Below the pieces are notes generated by a model. It did not search any database. It saw only the letters and a program-made list of their open reading frames with translations, and was not told where the DNA came from. A DNA stretch of 64,000 bases from Mytilus trossulus (lineage: Eukaryota): contig NC_086386.1 in NCBI RefSeq assembly GCF_036588685.1, positions 29,140,001 to 29,204,000 of the forward strand, written 5' to 3'. How positions within the stretch are numbered: position 1 is the first letter of the stretch; every line of letters starts with the position of its first letter. The translations under genes and the position numbers were made by a program. Shown here piece after piece: positions 50,501 to 60,734 of the stretch.

Positions 50501-51120
50501 AGTGCTTTGACTGCCTCGTAGCGTTTTGATTCACTTTTGTCAATTATGTTTTCATTTATATCGCCACCTATAACAATATGATGTGTGTTATTGTATTGAG
50601 AGCAGAGCGAATGAAGTTGTTCTGTACAATCTAGAAATTCAATCAATTTTTCAACTCTATTATCCTTGCATGGCATATAAACGCAAATCACTAGAATGTC
50701 TTTACCACATGTATTTGTTATTTCAATACATTGGATTCTGTTATTAGTACAGTCTACCTTAGTGATTTTGTGATCGATAGTCTTTTTCCATAATATGCAA
50801 ACTCCACCGTATCCTCTTGGTAAGTGGGTAGGTGGTAGCGGATCATCGGAATCAACTGCTTTTCCAATACCATTAAAATCAACATGAATATTTTCTAAAA
50901 GTGGTAGCTGACAGTCGAATAGCCAGTGTTCTTGCAGCAACACAATACAATAGTTAAAAAGAATTTCAGAGAATAGTGGATCACAGGTTTTAATATTTTT
51001 ACAGTTAAAAGATAAAATGTTTAAATGGTAAACTTTAAAATCGCTATTTACATTTCTCGTTGCTGTAGGTACTAACTTCCGTTGTGTAAAAGTCTTTCCT
51101 GATGAAAAAAATTTTGATCC
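47563..51120 (-). CDS. LINE ORF2: AP endonuclease + reverse transcriptase + C-terminal CCHC finger (open frame from 51120; no in-frame AUG before the endonuclease)
   Basis: LNILSFNC..LLQEHW, GGDIN, IDFI, SDH (APE); YRGITI, LDAKSAFD, GVKQGGILS, CADD (RT); CPLC..ETLEHFLLLC; no internal stops. Confidence 0.95.
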   Translation of the reverse strand, partial: GSKFFSSGKTFTQRKLVPTATRNVNSDFKVYHLNILSFNCKNIKTCDPLFSEILFNYCIVLLQEHWLFDCQLPLLENIHVDFNGIGKAVDSDDPLPPTHLPRGYGGVCILWKKTIDHKITKVDCTNNRIQCIEITNTCGKDILVICVYMPCKDNRVEKLIEFLDCTEQLHSLCSQYNNTHHIVIGGDINENIIDKSESKRYEAVKALMEDHRLYTKDLGRTFINYKHEEISSIDFILLDKELFENHSGFLKLDSCSSLVSDHYHITCRLNVKIKHRQQSTKILPTNRKIKWSTIDVNLYEENINKSLTAISSEIQSGDELTKVMTQVNTIMKNAAIESAPKPKVYKRKKQKPKIRSFQTNQASKRCKEAFAKWKANERPTSPNNKIYCDMKSAKYQLRKTCRIEIAMEVLNDRQEILDARTKHDQIFYKLLGKKKGKLKNCISELNVQDNIYKSDNEIIVGWKHHFNKLAQPAIDPEYDDEYYKQLALDLDNIIDICNNQTNTISVTEKDVQDAINGLKINKSPDIYSISSENIKYGGEKLQTVITNMIVSSFKLGLIPEILKKGLLTPVFKNKGSNKNASNYRGITIMSILLKLIESVAKAKVQPKILKEQNRLQRGFTENSAPMNCSFFIEEFIRECRDAGKIIYISLLDAKSAFDVVTHESILRKLYIAGVDGLLWKLIHSLHMDSSSVVKFNGLISEPFSICQGVKQGGILSADLYKLYINNLLTDIEYSGLGAKIGSICCAAPTCADDVALMSDNPEELQVLINMAYNYSRRERYKLQPVKSVILPVYPNRRKQKEPSFPWSIGNSIMPIVSQTTHMGVLRTSKPDDPNPLYENVKKARRAMYSLMPAGLHGKNGLDIQSLLHIFNIYVIPVLLYGLELVTPTGKNFDIIDIFHKKCIKQLLSLPTSTATPAIYILSGQLPIEGQIHKKILSLFGNISRQPHDSLEKQIAYRQLLMKTDDSHSWFITVKTILAKYNLPSALHVLDSQIQKLKWKTMVNKEVSKYWKHFIEGHCKLYPSLKYLNIQYIPGKTHVLVNLSASNSMQEAMRIPVKLRIATGSYILMADRTKHSKNKGLMGTCPLCQTSDETLEHFLLLCPALSNQRKSILSNIQMLHEKLRIQFKNNGSEVGLIQVIVDSSTIGLLEPRCDKSILMDIEFQSRRLCFLLHTSRSRILNDIDRT

Positions 51121-52016
51121 CTATAATTGTTTAATCCTGGCCTGGGCACCTCGGTAGGTGTGTATAAAATTGGACAACCATGAACAAGTTTCGATCTATC
51201 TTGCAAATTTATCATACCCGGTGTAATCATATCTGAGTTATTCGTTAAAGAAGGTTGATGTTTTTGCATTGCTTTCCCTTCTTTATTGCTTGGTGTGTAA
51301 TAATTATATTGCAATGATTGATATACCCGATTTTGAGGAGGCTGTTGTACGACATTTATTGCTGGAGGTGGATGAGAGACATGATACTGCGGAGGCTGAT
51401 GTGCTCTATTTATTGTCGGTGGTGGATGAGAGACATGATACTGTGGAGGCTGATGTATGACATTCATTGCCAGAGGAGTAGCCTCAGAATTTCCAACAGT
51501 GCCTCTATGTACTGTGTTTGTGTTGGTATACACATGTTCCTTTGCAAGTGTTTCATTTGTGTTCCCTTTTGGCAGCATATCATTTATTACGGTTGACTGT
51601 ACAGGTATTTGTTCGCTTTCGATTTGGTTTATTTGAGCATCTACTTTCTGCAGTATGAGCTTTGTCATTCTTTCTCGCATAGCTAGTAGCAAATTATCTG
51701 TTTCAGTGACACATTTCTGGTGACAGCAGTTTTGTACTGGTGAGTTGGTATCTGTTCTTTTGGCTTCAGACTCGGTATCTTCTAGTACAACTATTTTTCT
51801 GTTAAGAATTCTTATTGTGTTGTCTAGTTCTTTTATTTTAGTTTCTTGCATGAGAATGGTAGATTGAAGGCGGATATTTTCAGCGTTAAGTTCTGAATTT
51901 CTCATTTCCCTCAATCGGATGTCGTCTTCTCGTTTCTTTAATTTTAACTCTAGTTGTCTTAAGTCTTTAAATTTAATTTGTTGGTCATCAGTAGGTTTGT
52001 TCTGATTTGTACACAC
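51072..52016 (-). CDS. LINE ORF1b: coiled coil + Gln/Pro/His-rich low-complexity repeats
   Basis: 314-aa ORF; heptad-rich LRQLELKLKKRE...; HQPPQYHVSHPPP repeats; -1 frame relative to ORF1a. Confidence 0.75.
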   Translation of the reverse strand: MCTNQNKPTDDQQIKFKDLRQLELKLKKREDDIRLREMRNSELNAENIRLQSTILMQETKIKELDNTIRILNRKIVVLEDTESEAKRTDTNSPVQNCCHQKCVTETDNLLLAMRERMTKLILQKVDAQINQIESEQIPVQSTVINDMLPKGNTNETLAKEHVYTNTNTVHRGTVGNSEATPLAMNVIHQPPQYHVSHPPPTINRAHQPPQYHVSHPPPAINVVQQPPQNRVYQSLQYNYYTPSNKEGKAMQKHQPSLTNNSDMITPGMINLQDRSKLVHGCPILYTPTEVPRPGLNNYRDQNFFHQERLLHNGS

Positions 52017-52069
52017 ATCTTCTGTTTTGTTATTAGGTATTATACTTTGTTCAGCGATTGTGCTGTTTT

Positions 52070-53329
52070 TTAGTTTGCTGCTTGTATTTGAGTTCTTTTT
52101 TGTTTTTTTGTTCTTGAAATATTGTCTACTTGTGCTTTTTCTACTGTCATATCATTGTCAATACAGATTAATGGAGTTTCAGTTTGACTACCATATGGTG
52201 TTTTGATGATTGTTTCATCATGCTCATTATCAAGTTCCTTTGATGTATCATAACTTGAGTCTTTCTTGACTTGCTGATCTTGTATTTCTAGGCCAAAGCA
52301 TGCTCGACATTTTTGTGTTGTGCAGTTTGTAGCTATGCATGTTAAGTGTACAATATTGTTACAGCTATCACAGACAGTTTCATCTGAATCTAATATATTA
52401 TTGTCACAATTAGAGCATATTTGCTCAATTCTTTCTTCATTCAGTAGTATCTCTGCACTGGTTGCCATTTGTGAATTTATTAAGGCTAAACATTTTTGTG
52501 TTGTTTTCATCATGCTAATGTTGTCAATTTCATGAGTATTAGTTTGGAGTGATGTACTTGAACAGGTGTTTTCAATAGCAGTGCTAGTTGGATTTGGACA
52601 GGATGAACATGTGTATGACGTGTTGTTATTACTTTCAATTTTGTCAATATCAATCCGCCTAAGACCTTCACACATATAGTGCACCCACATTTGGCAATTG
52701 TTGCACTGTACAGCCCTTGTGATAACATTTCTATTGCATTTTCTACATCTGGTTTTCATGTTGTTATCGGTTGATCTGTTATCTAATATGTATTGCAATT
52801 GATCTTCCAGCAATTTATTAATAGTACTAGTATTCATTTGTTGGTTATTTACATAGGTATTACATATCATGCCGTGGATTATTGGTAATTCATTTTCAAT
52901 AAAATGAGTTATGGATTTTCCATTAATCAATAAGGTAGCTTTTGTTGTATAGGCATTTATGGTATAGGATTGACCGCTTTTTAGTTGAACCTTAAATGTT
53001 TTTTGGACTAATACACCTCTTCTATCGTGTTCAGATTGAAATGTAACTTCACCTGTCGAAATCGGATAGCATTGATAATAGCTAGATAATGCAGCAATAA
53101 ATAACTCGAATGTTGCCAGATCTAATGTAACTGTGAGCCCTCCACTAGTCATTTTATATGAGATATCAGTCCTCTTTGCTGATTCTAGTTTGTTTTGTAG
53201 AACTTTATCTATATCAAGAGAGTATGTTTTGGTTTTAGTCTGATTTTGTACTTGATTGACATGGTTGTTATCCTGTATAGTTTTTGAATTAACAACTATT
53301 TTTTCACTGTTATTAGTGACTAAGGCCAT
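52070..53329 (-). CDS. LINE ORF1a with two PHD-like zinc fingers
   Basis: CRKC..QCNNCQMWVHYMC..YTCSSC and CSNC..VCDSCNNIVHLTC..CRAC (C4HC3). Confidence 0.85.
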   Translation of the reverse strand: MALVTNNSEKIVVNSKTIQDNNHVNQVQNQTKTKTYSLDIDKVLQNKLESAKRTDISYKMTSGGLTVTLDLATFELFIAALSSYYQCYPISTGEVTFQSEHDRRGVLVQKTFKVQLKSGQSYTINAYTTKATLLINGKSITHFIENELPIIHGMICNTYVNNQQMNTSTINKLLEDQLQYILDNRSTDNNMKTRCRKCNRNVITRAVQCNNCQMWVHYMCEGLRRIDIDKIESNNNTSYTCSSCPNPTSTAIENTCSSTSLQTNTHEIDNISMMKTTQKCLALINSQMATSAEILLNEERIEQICSNCDNNILDSDETVCDSCNNIVHLTCIATNCTTQKCRACFGLEIQDQQVKKDSSYDTSKELDNEHDETIIKTPYGSQTETPLICIDNDMTVEKAQVDNISRTKKQKRTQIQAAN

Positions 53330-53374
53330 TCTGATAAGTAACCTGTTTCAAAGTAGAATAATTTTATTCAGCTA

Positions 53375-53795
53375 AGTGTGGCGTAACCCACGCTTACTTT
53401 GTGTTGTTGGTTTATTTTTTTTTTTTTTTTTGGTTTTTTGCACCAGTTCTGTCGTTTTGCAGTTTAGTGTAGTGAAACCTACGCTCACTGCTCTAAAGTA
53501 CGAATAGGGAATATAATTCAAGGTTATTCACAGCTTTGCATATAGCTTACAGCAAAAGTATCTATTGACCAAACTCCTGTTGGTAGACTAAAAACTATGT
53601 ACACATATATATATATATATAGCAATAAAATCTTTCAAGTGTGGATACAGATGTTAATAACAGTTTTGAACATGTACCAATATAGTGTGGCGTAACCCAC
53701 GCTTACTATAAATAAAGAAGCAGCATAACTAAATGTTGTATTTATTGGTTGTATCTAAAATATATTATACAGTGTAGTGTGGCGTAACCCACGCT
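53375..53795. repeat. Second cluster of four of the same hairpins, between the SGNH ORF and ORF1a
   Basis: Copies at 53375, 53466 (compensatory G-C to A-T pair), 53684, 53776. Confidence 0.9.
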
Positions 53796-53828
53796 TACTG
53801 TATTGTACAATGCAGGTACACAGCTTGT

Positions 53829-54694
53829 TTAATTAGAAGTTTCCCAACAGTCCTTAATTATTTGTTGTTCAATTTTTCTTAACCAAACTTTTGACAGTAG
53901 CTGTCGTGGATGTACACCATCAAAGTACAGTTCAAACCTATGCTGCACCCGTCTTGTGACTCTGTGGCGATCACCTTTCCTGTGCTTTTGTATTAATGTA
54001 AGATCAGAGCTAAATTTTGGAGAGTAGGAGATATTGCTTGTGTTAACTTCTCTGATTTTTCTGTTAACACTGACTATTTGTTCTTCTAAATCTTTGTCGT
54101 GTTGATAGAAACTTTGAATCTGATTTTTACTTATTCCAGCAGCCCAATTCCAATTGACAATTGAATATAAAGGTATTTCCAGTATCGTTACTTTAGACCC
54201 TGGGTGTGCTTTGATGCATTGTGAAATTAAATTAGCTTCGGCTATTATATCGTCTACAACTGAATCGTCATGGGTTCTTAATGATATGTATCGCCCGTTT
54301 TTTATAGTAAAGTCACATGTACCAGCCCATACATACTTTAATCATTCAAACATTTTCTGTGCTTTATTTTGTAATTCATTCATTTGATTGTATAGCTCAA
54401 ATTTTGGGCACCATGATTGGTTAATGAAAATTATCTTATCTTATCTTATACCCATATATTTCCCTCTTCTTGTATTAGGTCGTCTATGGAGCTCTCCAGC
54501 CACTCTCTACACTCTCTAATTCTAGCACCTTTTCTACAGAACCAAGTAAAATCTCGCTCTGTAGTTGTTGATGCTTGGGATTCCAAGTTATACCCCTTAC
54601 TGTCAGTGATTATAATGGGAGTATATGTTTTAGTCCCAAGTGGGGCGAGCCTGCTCCTTTGCAGAAATTTTGTTAATTTTCTTTGAATTAACAT
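53829..54694 (-). CDS. Stand-alone SGNH/GDSL-type esterase ORF (~250 aa), interrupted by a ~113-bp insertion at 54336-54448
   Basis: ATG at 54694; IIITDSKG (block I Ser), RKGA (block II), VWAGTCD (block III), FDGVHP (block V); segment 54335-53829 is a 169-codon open frame that the ORF track misses. Confidence 0.82.
54336..54448 (+). mobile_element. Short retro-insertion (LINE/SINE 3' tip) with (CTTAT)n tail inside the SGNH ORF
   Basis: Ends TTATCTTATCTTATCTTA; removing it restores the in-frame NIWV|YVWAGTCD. Confidence 0.7.
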
Positions 54695-55215
54695 GTATGT
54701 TGAGATATAATATAGAATATATATGTTTCTGTTTATGGTATTGTAATCAAGGTATGAAGTAACTTTAACTTTCTTTTGAAGTTCGCGGACAGGAAGTGCA
54801 CGGACCCCGCGAAAGTCAAATTGAGTTGTGTGATATTCGTCTCAACTGCTTCTATTTCAGATAAAAAGTGTATATATATTGGCTTGTTTTGTAGTTTTTC
54901 ATAAATGTCACAAGATTGTTTGTTTTATATGTTCAATAACACACTATACAACACAAAAATCATAGAATATTCCCTGCACCGCAAAAATGTATCAACCACC
55001 ACCATTCATCACGTGAAACATTCAATATCATATATGCATATAACAATAAGTTTTTCTATCCTTGTTTTTGTTTCATATCTCGACTTTCTTGGTATTGCAA
55101 AATGGGTGCTGCTTTCAAAGGAGATACTGAACCAAAATTTTAACAAATTAAAGTTGCTTCTTTGAAATTATTATTATTATGTCGTCATGCTGCACGATTT
55201 TATTAACTGTTATAA

Positions 55216-56986
55216 CAACAAGAGGCTCTAAAGAGCCTGAGTGTGTCGCTCACCTTGGTATATATGTGAATTAAACAAAGGAAGCAGACAGTTCATGACA
55301 AAATTGTGTTTAGGTGATTGTGATGTGTTTGTACATCTTACTTTACTGAACATTCTTGCTGCTCACAATTATCTCTATCTATAATGAACTTGTCCATGTA
55401 GTTTCAGTGGAAAATGTTAGTAAAAATTTACAAATTTTATGAAAATTGTTAAAAATTGATTATAAAGGACAATAACTTCTTAGGGGTCAATTGACCATTT
55501 TGGTCATTTTGACTTATTTTTGAGTCTTAAATTGCTGTTTACAGTTTATCTCTATCTATAATAATATTCAAGATAATAACCCAAAACAGCAAAATTTCCT
55601 TAAAATTACCAATTTAGGGGCAGCAACCTAACAACGAGTTGCCCGATTCATCTGAAAATTTCAGGGCAGATAGATCTTGACCAGATCAACAATTTTACCT
55701 ATTGTCAGATTGCTCTAAATGCTTTGGTTTGTGAGTTATAAGCCAAAAACTGCATTTTACCCCTATGTTCTATTTTTAGCAGTAGCGGCCATCTTGGTTG
55801 GTTTGCCCGGTCACAAAACACAATTTTTAAACTAGATAGCCTAATAATGCTTCTGGCTATGTTTGGTAAAATTTGGCCCCGTAGTTTCAGAGGAGAAGAT
55901 TTTTGTAAAAGTTAACTAAGATTTACGAAAAATGGTTAAAAATTGACTTTAAAGGGCAATAACTCCTAAAGGGGTCAACTGACCATTTTGGTCCTGTTGA
56001 CTTATTTGTAAATCTTACTTTGCTGAACATTTTTGCTATTTACAGTTTATCTCTATCCATAATAATATTCAAGATCATTTCCAAAAACAGCAAAATTTCC
56101 TTAAAATTACCAATTCAGGGGCAGCAACCCAACAACGGGTTGTCCCATTCATCTTAAAATTACAGGGCAGATAGACTTGACCAGATAAACAATTTTACTC
56201 ATTGTCAGATTTGCTCTAAATGCTTTGGTTTTTGAGTAATAACCCAAAACTGCATTTAACCTCCATGTTCTATTTTTAGCCCTGGCGGCCATCTTGGTTG
56301 TTTGGCCGGGTCAAAAAACACAATTTTTAAACTAGATACATCAATGATGATTGTGGCCAAGTTTGGATTGATTTGGCTTGGTAGTTTCAAAGGAGGAGAT
56401 TTTTGAAAAAGATCATGGAGATTTACGAAAAAGGTTAAAAATTGACTATAAGGGCAATAACTCCTAAAGGGGTCAACTGACCATTTTGGTTATGTTGACT
56501 TATTTGTAAATCTTACTTTGCTGAACATTATTGCTGTTAACAGTTTATCTCCAACTATAATAGTATTCAAGATAATAACCAAAAACAGTAAAATTTCCTT
56601 AAAACTACCAATTTAGGGGCAGCAACCCAACAATGGGTTGTCTGATTCATCTTAAAATTTCAGGGCAAATCTTGACCTGATAAACAATTTTACCCCTTGT
56701 CAGATTTGTTCTAAATGCTTTGGTTTTGAGTTATAAGCCAAAAACTGCATTTTACCCCTAGGTTCTATTTTTAGCCATGGCGGCCATCTTGGTTGGTTGG
56801 CTGGGTAAAAAAACACAATTTTTAAACTAGATACATCAATGATGATTGTGGCCAAGTTTACTTTATTTGGCCCAGTAGTTTCAGAGGAGAGAATTTTTGT
56901 AAAAGTTAACGACGATGGACGACAGACGACGGACGCAAAGTGATGGGAAAAGCTCACTTGGCCTTTTAGGACAGATGAGCTTAAAA
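55216..56986. mobile_element. Helentron/HINE-like element with ~3 tandem units of ~495 bp
   Basis: GGTTAAAAATTGAC..AAGGGCAATAACTCCT recurs at ~55445, 55935, 56435; (GAC)n microsatellite and AGCTCA..TGAGCT terminal inverted repeat. Confidence 0.78.
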
Positions 56987-56989
56987 CTT

Positions 56990-57930
56990 GACATTGAGCA
57001 ATCAACCGTGTAAATGAGGTCAAGGTCAAATAAATCCTGTGAGACTGACATGTTCATCATACAATATTTCCATACATCAAATATAGAAGACCTATTGCTT
57101 ATTGTATTAGAAAAAAGACCAAAACTCAAAAACTTAACTTTGACCACTGAACCGAGAAAATAAGGTAAAGGTCAGATGGTACCTGCTTGTTGGACATGTA
57201 CACCTTACCATCATGCCATACACCCAATATACTAAACCTATTGCATACAGTATAAGAAAAGCAGATCAAAACACAAAAACTTAACTTTAACCAATGAACT
57301 ATGAAATGAGGTCAAGGTCAGATGACACTTGCCAGTTGGAAATGTACACCTCAAAATCCTTTCATACACCAAATATACAAGACCTATTGCTTATAGTATC
57401 TGAGATATGGACTTGACTCACATATTATCTTACAATCCTTCCATACACCAAATATACAAGACCTATTGTTTATAGTATCTGAGATATGGACTTGACTTGA
57501 CCAACACTTAACCTTGTTCACTAATCCATGAAATGAGGTTGGGGTCAAGTGGAAACTGTCTGATGGTGACGAAGACCTTGGAAGGTACGCACATACCAAA
57601 TACTGCTATCCTATTACTTATAATAAGAGAGAAATTAACATACAAAAATCTTAGCTTTTTTTTCAAGTAGTCACTGAACCATAAAAATGAGGTCAAGGAC
57701 AATGGTCATGTTACAGACAGAAACTGCTTAACATATGGCATTTATACACAAAGTTTGAAGCATCCAGGTCTTTCAGTCTGCTGGCTTTTAATATCCAAAA
57801 GTTGTGATTGAGTTATTTCTCTTTGTATAGAAATTGGTTTTTCTTGTCGAGCTTAGGACTTTTGTAGCAGAAAGCTCAACATAGGGATAGTTATCCAGCG
57901 GGCGCTGCATTAGCTATCTTCTTAAAAGCG
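56990..57930. repeat. Degenerate interspersed/tandem repeats (AATGAGGTCAAGGTCA family; inverted relative at 5235-5875)
   Basis: Recurring ATGAGGTCAAGGTCA and CATACACCAAATATA..AGACCTATTGCTTATAGT blocks. Confidence 0.6.
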
Positions 57931-60734
57931 TTATGGATTAAAAGATCATGTTTTCATCTTCTGAAAATCAAGCACAATTCCTCCAGTTAGTGGTTTAGCA
58001 TCATACCATCAGGCATCACAAAATATATGAGAAGATCATAATCTGTATCATGCAATCATCTTGTTTTGAATAAATGTGTTTATTTCTGATTTAAAGACCC
58101 TAGGAGAAAATCAATGTTAATACCAAAATATGCCATCTTTAATGACATGACAACAGTATCTTTTAACTATATCTGTTCTGAATAAGTCTGTTTCAAGGTT
58201 TGATAGATGAACAATATGGTTTTGATTGCATTTCATTTTTATCCCAAAAAAACAGTCAAAAGCTCACTGGTTAAAAAACTATTAGTATATATATTAAAAG
58301 ATATACAATAGAGCCATCTCACTGTCTATAAAACAGTTTATCTCAACATATAAGAAAATAAACAAAAATACAAAATCTAGTAATAAAACAATTTATTTTT
58401 TGCCCAATTATATTGTATGAACAAAATAACCACCAATATATCCATTAAATTTGAAGTTTCTTCAGACCATGACTCATAATGATACACTCACAAAGTAACA
58501 ACATATTGAAGAACATCATTTCATGTTTAGGGAGCTACCATTCATTTTTATGGGTGGGGACTAGGATGAAATTTGAAAAAAGTCAGGACAGGAGTTTTGA
58601 GTAAAAAAGTTTAAGCAGGATGAGCAACATGGGGAAAAAAACAAACAATAAAAGACAGGATGACAAGTTATTTAAAAAAAAGTCAGATAAACTAATAAAA
58701 TAAATGTTCATGACCAAATAGAGAGAAAAATAAAAATGTAGGACAGAGATAACAACCATTACAATCAATTGGTAGCTCCCTTGTCACAAACTTTTAAAAG
58801 TTGTTATTGGAATAATTGAGTTTCATTTCATGATGATATTTTTAGAACACCACCTTTTTGTCAGGGGGTATTTGAAACAGTTTACTTTATCATAAACATT
58901 ATAACTCGATTTTGAAAGTTTTTAGTTTTACAGAATTCTATTAATGTTTTTTAATTAAGGAAATAAGCAATACACTTTCACTACTATTGCGTTAAAATAT
59001 TTATATTTTAAATGAATCTAGATTATGAAATATTTTTTTCAGATAAATGTTTATTAGGATATTAGTACATAAAAAAGTCACAATAATACAATAATAGAAA
59101 ACACTTGATACATTGCCCAGCAATTATATAATCAAAATACCAATCAAATTACCTCATGATACGGTTTTCATTATCTACAACTAACTTGAATAAATACAAT
59201 TTGTGATGATTCAAACACAATTTCAAATTAAAAACTTCATAGTACATTATATATTCGTTTTAACAGAAAAAAAATTGAGGAAAGACAAAAAATCAAAAAA
59301 ATACATTTTTCAGTGTATAATATGCATAAATTAGTTATTTCAAATTACTTCTGACATTTCAAGGTAAATTTAACTTAACAAAATAAAACTATCAGTAAAG
59401 TTTAACATTTAAAATAAAATATTTTTTTGCTTAATTTATATATAAATGCTCACATTTAAAACAAACTTTCTAATACATATATCTGAATTACTTTTTTCAT
59501 AAATCTTGCACTTTTGATCATTCTTAAAAAGTTGCAACAATAAATTAAATGCATATACAATGTAATATTATCTAAATTTACAGTACAAGAATGTGAATTT
59601 ATACATTAGGGCTAATTTAAAATACATCACATGCTAAGTAATATCTATTTATTAAAAATTGTACAATGTACAACCTATAATGAAATTAAATATTGTATTT
59701 ATTCATGTCTGGAATAAGTAAAGTACCGGGTATTTTCTTGTTCTCTCCATAGCACCTTTAACCACCATAACATTCAACAACCTGTAATGAAAGATAAAAA
59801 TAAATTCCCAAAAAACTTTCCCTATCAGGTCAGGTGAGCTAAATACAAAAGGGAGCTCACGAAAATTAATATAAACAATTCACCAAGTTTTCTACAAATT
59901 GGTTGCAGCATTTTTGCTTTAATGTCTAACATTTTGACGACAGACAAACAATGGTATACCATAATAGGACCCATAGACGGGCGTATAAAAACACGAAAAA
60001 TAATTGATATTAATAGAAAACCAAAATTAATGGAATTGAAGAAAAAGGGCAGAACTTAAATAATTATCCTGTCCCCAAGTACATATGACTTTTGATTTCT
60101 TTCCTGAAATTCTCCAGTCATACATTTCATTTACAACAAGTCATTCTGCAACAGTTTACATACTTTCAACCATGCTCTAAATGCCCACGATTTTGCAAGT
60201 GTGTTCTAGTTAACTGTGAAATTTCTAAGATACATAATTTTTTTTGTGTATAATTCCTGTAATACTGTAAACCAACTTATTTTCATGAGCAATTTATTTT
60301 TCGCATGTAAAAAATAATGTGAATATAAGTCGTCCTGAATATGAAAAACTTAGATCTTTCTTTATTGAACTACTAGAAAATTGCAAAATTAGATATAGAA
60401 AGGAGAAATAAAGTATCCGCGAAAAATAAGTTGGTTTACAGTATGTACTGAATTAGTATGTCCATATTTGTAAAAGGAATGATTGTTTAACCATAGATAT
60501 ACATTTTGTACATGATATATGTGACCTTTTTTTTTGTTTTCCTGAGCAGCAGGATAAATTATAAAGAGCACAATTTGACACTACATGTATATCCAAAATA
60601 TATGCCATCATTTATTTGTTCTTGTTAAAATTAGTGGTATTTAGATAACAGATAAAAGAAGGCATAATCGAACTTAAAACTCCCTTCTATCAAACATGTC
60701 AATTGCTTTATTGTTCATATTTACCTTTAAAATT

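Larger units (their letters stand above)
46832..54990 (-). mobile_element. Nearly full-length RTE-X-like non-LTR retrotransposon (SGNH ORF, PHD ORF1a/1b, APE-RT ORF2)
   Basis: Co-oriented ORFs, ~730-nt 3' UTR ending TTTATTGGAGGAAG followed by a (GTTACAA)n-like tail; 5' boundary approximate; clade assignment is inferred from motifs. Confidence 0.8.

Noticed and set aside
46779-55028. AAACATTCAATAT at ~46779 and ~55016 as TSD of the LINE
   Set aside because: The left copy is ~40 bp away from the tail and the match is AT-rich; it cannot be separated from chance.
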